DNA of 14,262 nt from Gemmatimonadota bacterium (lineage in GTDB: Bacteria; Latescibacterota; UBA2968; UBA8231), in assembly GCA_038128265.1 (NCBI GenBank), contig JAYPJE010000029.1:36448-50709 (forward strand), in the 5' to 3' direction. The position numbers and the translations under genes were made by a program. The notes beneath the pieces were generated by a model. That model was not told the origin of the DNA, did not search any database, and saw only the letters and a list, made by a program, of their open reading frames with translations. Below are positions 7,928 to 14,262 of the stretch, one piece after another (position 1 is the stretch's first letter; the number at the start of each line of letters is the position of its first letter).

Positions 7928-8364
7928 AAACATACGCGCTACTCTTGCTGACTGCGCTGGTGTGCGGCGCGACGTTGAGCTGTTCTGAGCCGGAGAATAT
8001 CGTTAGCAGCAGCACCGAAAATGGCCAGTTCCGCCTGACGCTCGAAGCCGATAAAAACTGGGTGCGCCCGCGCGGGGACTTGCCGATACGCGTGCGCCTC
8101 GAGCGCTTGGGCGGTCCACCTCGGGAAAGCTTCTTTGGCGAAATAGAGCTGATCGCAAACGGCGGGTCGGTGTCGCCCTCCTCGTTAGACGTGGAGTTGA
8201 GCGCGCCCGACAGCACGGGTGCCGGCGGCGAGAGCGCAATTGAAAGCTGGGCTGTTTTTTCGGCCTCGTCGAGCGGTTCGGTCGCCGATCGCGCCGATAT
8301 AAGCGCCTTTTTCGGCGATGCGCTGGCCACGCTAAAAATCCGCGTAGTACCGGCCGCCGAGTAG
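7924..8364 (+). CDS. Putative lipoprotein of unknown function
   Basis: MKTYALLLLTALVCGATLSC has a basic N-terminus, a hydrophobic core and a lipobox-like TLS-C. ATGA overlap with the secretin stop and GGAG upstream. 146 aa, mature part looks beta-strand rich. Confidence 0.75.
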   Translation: MKTYALLLLTALVCGATLSCSEPENIVSSSTENGQFRLTLEADKNWVRPRGDLPIRVRLERLGGPPRESFFGEIELIANGGSVSPSSLDVELSAPDSTGAGGESAIESWAVFSASSSGSVADRADISAFFGDALATLKIRVVPAAE

Positions 8365-8387
8365 AGCCGGCAGGCGGCGTGCGGCCG

Positions 8388-8963
8388 TCACTCCACGAAG
8401 ATGGCGTCGTCGGGCCAGCTCTTCGTAATAAACCCCTCCTCCATATTGACCATCGGCAGGTAGTTGTGTAGCCGCCGGATCGGATCGAGCAGGCGAATGG
8501 TCCGCAGTTCCTGTATCGAATCTTCGCCGTGGTTTTTCTGCAGCGAGGGGATGATTTTCCCCTGCACGTTATCGGCCACGTCGCTGTCCGATTCTCCTTC
8601 GACGACCATGACCAGTGCGATGTGGCCATCCATCTCGGCGATGTAGCTGTCGCGTATCAGCTCGCTAAAGACGTTGGCGACATTGGGCTCTGAGCGTATT
8701 TCCTGCACAATCTGTCCGCGCGTAATACCCAGCTTGAACTTAATGAGCAGCATGTGCTGTGTGGTGAAACGACCCGTTCCCGTAGCTTGCGTGTCGACGC
8801 CGGTGTAGTAGGTCAGCACGCCGGTGCGTTCTAACCGCGCCCGCTTGCGGCTGACGGTGCGCACGGGCACGCCGGTCAGTGCGCTGATGCGATTATCGGA
8901 TGAGCGGGGATTGCGAATGAGTGCGCGAATGATTTGCTGTTCTTGCTTGTCTAACTCTGACAT
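8388..8963 (-). CDS. Lrp/AsnC-family transcriptional regulator
   Basis: N-terminal winged-HTH pattern LDKQEQQIIRALIRNPRSSDNRISALTGVPVRTVSRKRARLERTGVL, followed by a RAM-like alpha/beta region. 191 aa, divergent from gltB. Confidence 0.85.
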   Translation of the reverse strand: MSELDKQEQQIIRALIRNPRSSDNRISALTGVPVRTVSRKRARLERTGVLTYYTGVDTQATGTGRFTTQHMLLIKFKLGITRGQIVQEIRSEPNVANVFSELIRDSYIAEMDGHIALVMVVEGESDSDVADNVQGKIIPSLQKNHGEDSIQELRTIRLLDPIRRLHNYLPMVNMEEGFITKSWPDDAIFVE

Positions 8964-9011
8964 GGCCTAAATACGCCCTTTCTTTGTCCTGAATATGCAA
9001 TATTAGGTCAT

Positions 9012-9040
9012 AATCTATGAAAGTATAAAATAATTGTAAA
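9012..9040 (-). promoter_or_regulatory. Putative sigma70 promoter of the Lrp/AsnC gene
   Basis: Minus strand TTTACA (9040-9035)-N17-TAGATT (9017-9012) in the AT-rich intergenic region. Confidence 0.45.
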
Positions 9041-9071
9041 TGTACTGATGCGAAAAATGGCAAATTGCTGA

Positions 9072-9101
9072 TTGACAAATGTATCCGGCGCCCTATATTA
9101 T
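9072..9101 (+). promoter_or_regulatory. Putative sigma70 promoter of gltBD
   Basis: Perfect TTGACA (9072-9077) followed by TATATT at 16 nt or TATTAT at 18 nt spacing. Confidence 0.65.
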
Positions 9102-9322
9102 ATGTCCTCAGACAAAAAAGACAGAAACGCTCCTGTCCACTACCTGCCCGAGGCTCCCCGCCAGTTCCTTGGGTACGGATCTGCGCCCGCAAGGGCTCGC
9201 GCATACTACGCACTGCAAGCGGTCGGCGTTGTTGGGATGTCCCAGGTGGGCAGCCCCAGATCTCGTATTTCCCGCGCGGGTCGTATTGGGCACGTTGGAC
9301 TCAAGACGGCGAAAGGTTAACG

Positions 9323-12300
9323 ATGAGCACGATTCCCGGACACCCTTCTAAACAGGGCCTGTACGATCCACGCAACGAACGAGACGCCTGTGGGATGGGC
9401 TTTGTCGTCAACATCAAGGGCGTCAAATCGCACGCCCTGGTCCATCAGGCGCTCGAAGTACTCGTCCATTTGGAACACCGGGGAGCCTGCGGCTGTGAGC
9501 CAAATACGGGCGATGGAGCCGGCATTCTCATGCAGGTGCCGCACGCCTTCTTTGCCGGCGTCTGCGATTTTGCGCTGCCCGAAGCCGGCGCGTATGGGGT
9601 CGGCATGCTCTTTATGCCGAAGGATGGTAGCCAGCGCGCCCTGTGCGAAGACATTCTAGCGCGCGTCATCGAGGAAGAAGGGCAGGAACTGCTGGGGTGG
9701 CGCGACGTGCCTGTCGACAGCGGTGACCTAGGTGCTACGGCGCTGGTCGGCGAGCCGCTGATGCGCCAGGTTTTTATTGGTCGCGGCGAAGGCGTCGGTC
9801 CCGATCCGCTGGATTTCGAGCGCGCGCTCTACGTTATTCGCAAGCGCGCGGCCAATGCCATTCGCTACAGCGGCAAGGTGCCCACCTACTATGCCGCCAG
9901 CTTTTCGGCGCGCACCATCGTCTACAAGGGCATGTTTATCTCGCCGCAGGTAGAGCCGTATTTTCCCGACCTGCTCGATCCGCGCGTAGAGTCGGCCATC
10001 GCGCTGGTGCACTCGCGCTTTTCGACCAACACCTTTCCCAGCTGGCAGCGCGCCCATCCCTACCGCTACGTCATTCACAACGGCGAAATTAACACCGTAC
10101 GCGGCAATGAAAACTGGATGCACGCCCGCGAGGGCATGCTCGAGTCAGCGCTTTTTGGCGACAAACTCAACGAGACGTTTCCCGTTATTCACGAGGACGG
10201 ATCCGACTCGGCCAAATTCGACAACGCACTCGAACTGCTCTACCTGGGTGGCCGCTCGCTGCCGCACGCCGTTATGATGATGGTGCCCGAGCCGTGGGAA
10301 AAGCACGAGAGCATGAGCGACGAAAAGCGTGCTTTCTACGAGTATCACTCCTGCTTGATGGAGCCGTGGGACGGTCCGGCCTCCATCGGCTTTACCGACG
10401 GCGTGGTCGTCGGCGGCGTGCTCGACCGCAACGGCTTCCGCCCCTCGCGCTACTACGTGACAAAAGACGATATCGTCGTGCTGGCCTCCGAGACGGGCGT
10501 CCTGAGTATCCCGCCGGAAAACGTGGCCTACAAGGGGCGCCTGGAGCCGGGCCGCATGCTGCTGATCGACACCGAGCAGGGCCGCATTATCAGCGACGAG
10601 GAGATCAAGCACCAGATCGCCAGCGAGCATCCCTATCGCCAATGGCTGGATGACCACGTGATACATCTGGAGGATCTGCCCGAAGCGCAGGGCAAGCCGC
10701 TGCTCGAGACGCACGCCGAAGTGCTGAAGATGCAGCAGGCGTTTGGCTACACGTTTGAGGATCTGCGCGTGTTTCTCAAGCCGATGGTGCAGGTGCTCAA
10801 AGACCCGATCGGCTCCATGGGCAACGATGCGGCGCTGGCGGCGCTGTCCGACAAGACGCAGCTGCTGTTCAGCTACTTTAAACAGCACTTTGCCCAAGTC
10901 ACCAACCCGCCGCTCGATCCGCTGCGCGAAGAGCTCATCACGTCGGCCGAAACCAAAATTGGCCCCGAGCGCAACCTGCTCAAGCCGGAGCCCGAGAGCT
11001 GTCGCCAGATCACGCTGGACCGACCGATTCTGAAAAACGCCGAGCTCGAAAAGCTGCGCGAGGTGGACCTCTTTGGCCACAAGGCGGTCACGCTGCCCAT
11101 CTTTTTCGATCAATCCGCGGGCGAGGCCGGGTTGGAAACGGCGATGGATGCCCTGTGCCGCCAAGTCGATGAGGCCATTGCGCAAGACAACAATTTGATC
11201 ATTCTGTCCGACCGCGGCGTCGACGAGACCAAGGTGCCGATTCCGTCCCTGCTTGCCGTGGCCGGCGTGCACCACCATCTGGTGCGCAACGAGACGCGCA
11301 CGCGCGTTGGTCTGGCCATTGAGTCGGGCGAGCCGCGCGAAGTGCACCACTTCTGCTTGCTGCTCGGCTACGGCGCCCAGGCGATCAATCCCTACATGGC
11401 ATTTGAGAGCCTCAACGACATGGTGCGCGAGGGCATGCTCGACGAATACACCTATGAGGAAGCCGAGGAGCGCTACGTATACGGCGCGATCAAAGGCGTG
11501 ATCAAGGTGATGGCTAAGATGGGCATTTCGACCATCAAGTCGTATCGCGGTGCGCAGATTTTTGAAGCGATGGGACTCGACCAAGAAGTCATCGACAGGT
11601 ACTTCACTTGGACGACGACGCAGGTCAAGGGCATGAGCATTGAGGGGATTGCGCGCGAGGCACTCGAGCGTCACACGCACGCCTTTCCGCCCATTCAAAC
11701 CAACGGCAGCACCCTTGGCGTTGGCGGTCACTACCAGTGGCGCAAAGAGGGTGAGCACCACCTCTTTAATCCCAAGTCGATTCACCTGCTGCAGCGGGCA
11801 GTGCGCAGCGATGACTACGAGGTCTACAAGCAGTACGCCGAGCAGATCAACGACCAGTCAGAGCGCATGGCAACGCTGCGCAGCTTGCTCGATTTGAAAA
11901 CGGTCAACGAGCCGATCCCCCTCGACGAAGTGGAGCCGGTCGAGGCCATAACGCGCCGCTTTAAGAGCGGCGCCATGTCCTACGGTTCAATTAGCCAAGA
12001 GGCGCACGAGGCGCTGGCCATTGCCATGAACCGCCTCGGCGGCCGCAGCAATACCGGCGAGGGCGGCGAAGATCCGGCTCGCTATACGCCGGAGCCCAAC
12101 GGCGACTCGAAAAACAGCGCCATCAAGCAGGTGGCCTCCGGCCGCTTTGGCGTGACGAGTCACTACCTGACGCAGGCCAAGGAGCTGCAGATCAAGATGG
12201 CGCAGGGCGCCAAGCCGGGCGAGGGCGGCGAGCTGCCCGGTAAGAAAGTCTATCCGTGGATTGCCAAGGTGCGTCACTCGACGCCGGGCGTCGAGCTTAT

Positions 12301-13900
12301 TTCGCCGCCGCCGCACCACGACATCTATTCGATTGAGGATCTGGCACAGCTGATTCACGATCTGAAAAATGCCAACGACCAGGCGCGCATTAACGTCAAG
12401 CTAGTATCCGAGTTTGGCGTTGGCACGGTGGCCGCAGGCGTAGCTAAGGGCAAGGCCGACGTCGTACTGATCTCCGGTCACGACGGCGGTACGGGTGCCT
12501 CGCCGCAGACCTCGATTAAGCACGCCGGTCTGCCGTGGGAGCTCGGATTGGCCGAGACGCACCAGACGCTGCTGCTGAACAACCTGCGTTCGCGCATTGT
12601 CGTAGAGACCGACGGTCAGCTTAAGACGGGGCGCGACGTAGTGATCGCCGCGCTGCTGGGTGCCGAGGAGTTTGGCTTTGCCACCACGGGGCTGGTGGCC
12701 ATGGGCTGCATCATGATGCGCGTATGCCACCTCGATACCTGCCCGGTGGGCGTGGCCACGCAGAATCCAGAGCTGCGCAAGAAGTTTACGGGCACGCCGG
12801 ACCACGTCGTCAACTTCCTGAAGTTTATCGCCCAGGACATGCGCGAAATCATGGCCGAGCTCGGTTTCCGCACCATCGACGAAATGGTGGGTCGCACCGA
12901 TCGCCTGGAGCCGAAAAAAGCTATCGCCCATTGGAAGGCGCAGGGTATTGACCTGACGCCGATTTTACACCAGCCGGAAGTCGATCCCGAAGTAGGACGC
13001 TATTGCACCGAGGCGCAGGACCACGGCCTGGCCGACTCGCTCGACCAGACGACGCTGATGGCGCTGTGCAAGCCCGCGCTGGAGGGGGGCGAGAAGGTGA
13101 CGGCTACGCTGCCCATCAAGAACATCAACCGCGTGGCCGGCACGCAGGTCGGTAGCGAAATCACGCGTCGCTTTGGTCCCGACGGTCTTCCTGACAGCAC
13201 GATTCACCTCAAGTTTCAGGGCGCGGCAGGTCAGTCGTTTGCCGCCTTTACGCCGCTGGGTATGACCATGGAAGTCGAGGGCGATGCCAACGACTACTTC
13301 GGCAAAGGGCTGTCGGGTGCTCGCCTGATTCTCTATCCGCCCGCTGGCTCGACGTTTGTGTCGCGCGATAATATCATTGTCGGCAACGTCGCCTTCTACG
13401 GCGCGACCGCTGGCGAAGCCTATATCAGCGGCAAGGCCGGCGAGCGTTTTTGCGTGCGCAACAGCGGCGTGAAGGCCGTCGTCGAAGCGGTGGGCGACCA
13501 CGGCTGTGAATATATGACGGGTGGACGCGTGGTTGTGCTGGGACCAACGGGCCGCAACTTTGCCGCCGGCATGTCGGGTGGTATCGCCTACGTGCTGGAT
13601 GAGAGCGGCGACTTTGCCGGCCACTGCAACCCCGAAATGGTCGATATCAATGCGCTGGAAAGCGAAGAGGATATTGCCGAATTGAAGGGCATGATAGAGC
13701 GCCACGTGCAGTATACGCAGAGCGCGCTTGGCCGGGAGGTGCTCGACGCGTGGTCGCAGTACCAGGGCAAGTTCGTCAAAGTAATGCCGCGCGACTACCG
13801 CAAGATGCTCGACGCATTCAAACGCGTCGAAGAGCGCGGCCTGACGGGCGATGAGGCGGCACTGGTCGCCTTCCGCGAGGCCATGGCCGAAGAGGCCTAG
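9323..13900 (+). CDS. gltB: Glutamate synthase large subunit
   Basis: Propeptide then [14 protein letters not shown] (N-terminal catalytic Cys), [52 protein letters not shown], the 3Fe-4S motif [15 protein letters not shown], and a C-terminal GXGXG beta-helix. AAAGG SD before ATG 9323. 1525 aa. Confidence 0.98.
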   Translation: MSTIPGHPSKQGLYDPRNERDACGMGFVVNIKGVKSHALVHQALEVLVHLEHRGACGCEPNTGDGAGILMQVPHAFFAGVCDFALPEAGAYGVGMLFMPKDGSQRALCEDILARVIEEEGQELLGWRDVPVDSGDLGATALVGEPLMRQVFIGRGEGVGPDPLDFERALYVIRKRAANAIRYSGKVPTYYAASFSARTIVYKGMFISPQVEPYFPDLLDPRVESAIALVHSRFSTNTFPSWQRAHPYRYVIHNGEINTVRGNENWMHAREGMLESALFGDKLNETFPVIHEDGSDSAKFDNALELLYLGGRSLPHAVMMMVPEPWEKHESMSDEKRAFYEYHSCLMEPWDGPASIGFTDGVVVGGVLDRNGFRPSRYYVTKDDIVVLASETGVLSIPPENVAYKGRLEPGRMLLIDTEQGRIISDEEIKHQIASEHPYRQWLDDHVIHLEDLPEAQGKPLLETHAEVLKMQQAFGYTFEDLRVFLKPMVQVLKDPIGSMGNDAALAALSDKTQLLFSYFKQHFAQVTNPPLDPLREELITSAETKIGPERNLLKPEPESCRQITLDRPILKNAELEKLREVDLFGHKAVTLPIFFDQSAGEAGLETAMDALCRQVDEAIAQDNNLIILSDRGVDETKVPIPSLLAVAGVHHHLVRNETRTRVGLAIESGEPREVHHFCLLLGYGAQAINPYMAFESLNDMVREGMLDEYTYEEAEERYVYGAIKGVIKVMAKMGISTIKSYRGAQIFEAMGLDQEVIDRYFTWTTTQVKGMSIEGIAREALERHTHAFPPIQTNGSTLGVGGHYQWRKEGEHHLFNPKSIHLLQRAVRSDDYEVYKQYAEQINDQSERMATLRSLLDLKTVNEPIPLDEVEPVEAITRRFKSGAMSYGSISQEAHEALAIAMNRLGGRSNTGEGGEDPARYTPEPNGDSKNSAIKQVASGRFGVTSHYLTQAKELQIKMAQGAKPGEGGELPGKKVYPWIAKVRHSTPGVELISPPPHHDIYSIEDLAQLIHDLKNANDQARINVKLVSEFGVGTVAAGVAKGKADVVLISGHDGGTGASPQTSIKHAGLPWELGLAETHQTLLLNNLRSRIVVETDGQLKTGRDVVIAALLGAEEFGFATTGLVAMGCIMMRVCHLDTCPVGVATQNPELRKKFTGTPDHVVNFLKFIAQDMREIMAELGFRTIDEMVGRTDRLEPKKAIAHWKAQGIDLTPILHQPEVDPEVGRYCTEAQDHGLADSLDQTTLMALCKPALEGGEKVTATLPIKNINRVAGTQVGSEITRRFGPDGLPDSTIHLKFQGAAGQSFAAFTPLGMTMEVEGDANDYFGKGLSGARLILYPPAGSTFVSRDNIIVGNVAFYGATAGEAYISGKAGERFCVRNSGVKAVVEAVGDHGCEYMTGGRVVVLGPTGRNFAAGMSGGIAYVLDESGDFAGHCNPEMVDINALESEEDIAELKGMIERHVQYTQSALGREVLDAWSQYQGKFVKVMPRDYRKMLDAFKRVEERGLTGDEAALVAFREAMAEEA

Positions 13901-13939
13901 TAGAGCAGAAAGTGCACCGGGCTAGACAAAGGAAATACA

Positions 13940-14262
13940 ATGGGTAAGCCAACTGGATTTATGGAGTATCAGCGCCAGCTGCCATCCGATCGCTCGCCGC
14001 TGGCGCGCCTTGAAGACTGGAACGAATTCCACGACCACATGTCCGAGGGAGATATGGCGGAGCAGGGGGCGCGCTGCATGGACTGCGGCATTCCGTTCTG
14101 CCATCTGGGCGACGTTGTCAGTCAGGGAGACAAAGGGGCGGGTTGTCCGATCAACAACCTGATTCCCGAGTGGAACGACCTGGTCTATCGCGGCCGCTGG
14201 CGCGAGGCGCTAGAGCGCCTGCACAAGACCAATAACTTCCCCGAGTTTACCGGTCGCGTCTG
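13940..14262 (+). CDS. gltD: Glutamate synthase small subunit, truncated at the window edge
   Basis: Not in the ORF track. Manual translation gives [15 protein letters not shown]...[14 protein letters not shown]...[48 protein letters not shown] upstream. Confidence 0.97.
   Translation, partial: MGKPTGFMEYQRQLPSDRSPLARLEDWNEFHDHMSEGDMAEQGARCMDCGIPFCHLGDVVSQGDKGAGCPINNLIPEWNDLVYRGRWREALERLHKTNNFPEFTGRV

Noticed and set aside
9150..9265. Resemblance of the gltB leader to a cobalamin riboswitch or SRP RNA
   Set aside because: Only fragments match (CCCCGCCA, CACTG, CAGGT..GCAGCC). The conserved GGGAA/B12-box and the SRP GGAA-loop core are missing.
9072..9320. 82-aa ORF ending 2 nt before gltB (possible leader peptide)
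   Set aside because: Its starts lie within or right beside the promoter boxes, there is no SD, no Glu/Gln-rich sensing tract and no recognisable protein features. Not fully excluded without ribosome profiling.
9065..9322. 86-aa N-terminal extension of GltB in the ORF track
   Set aside because: It overlaps the predicted promoter, has no GltB-like sequence, and ATG 9323 has an SD and the normal propeptide before the catalytic Cys.
10145..11785. 546-aa antisense ORF, and similar ones at 2744-3712, 6803-7411, 12401-12931 and 12965-13705
   Set aside because: They are shadows of well-conserved GC-rich genes on the opposite strand and carry no family motifs.

Overview
GC-rich bacterial chromosomal window of a diderm organism (it encodes a secretin). 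Left to right: the 5' part of a minus-strand MASE3-like membrane sensor that the ORF track misses, ending in a 9-bp (X-Glu-Pro)n repeat at the edge; a divergent carbon-nitrogen hydrolase; a short HPF/RaiA ribosome-hibernation gene with a sigma54-like promoter and an intrinsic terminator; a three-gene proton-translocating transhydrogenase (pntAA-pntAB-pntB); a two-gene unit encoding an atypical secretin with a ~290-aa C-terminal extension plus an overlapping lipoprotein; an Lrp/AsnC regulator; and, divergent from it, glutamate synthase gltB-gltD (gltD truncated) behind a ~215-nt, apparently structured leader. No mobile element, CRISPR array, rRNA or tRNA was recognised. The best novelty candidates are the stand-alone secretin-lipoprotein pair and the gltB leader RNA. 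All calls come from reading motifs by eye, with no database searches.
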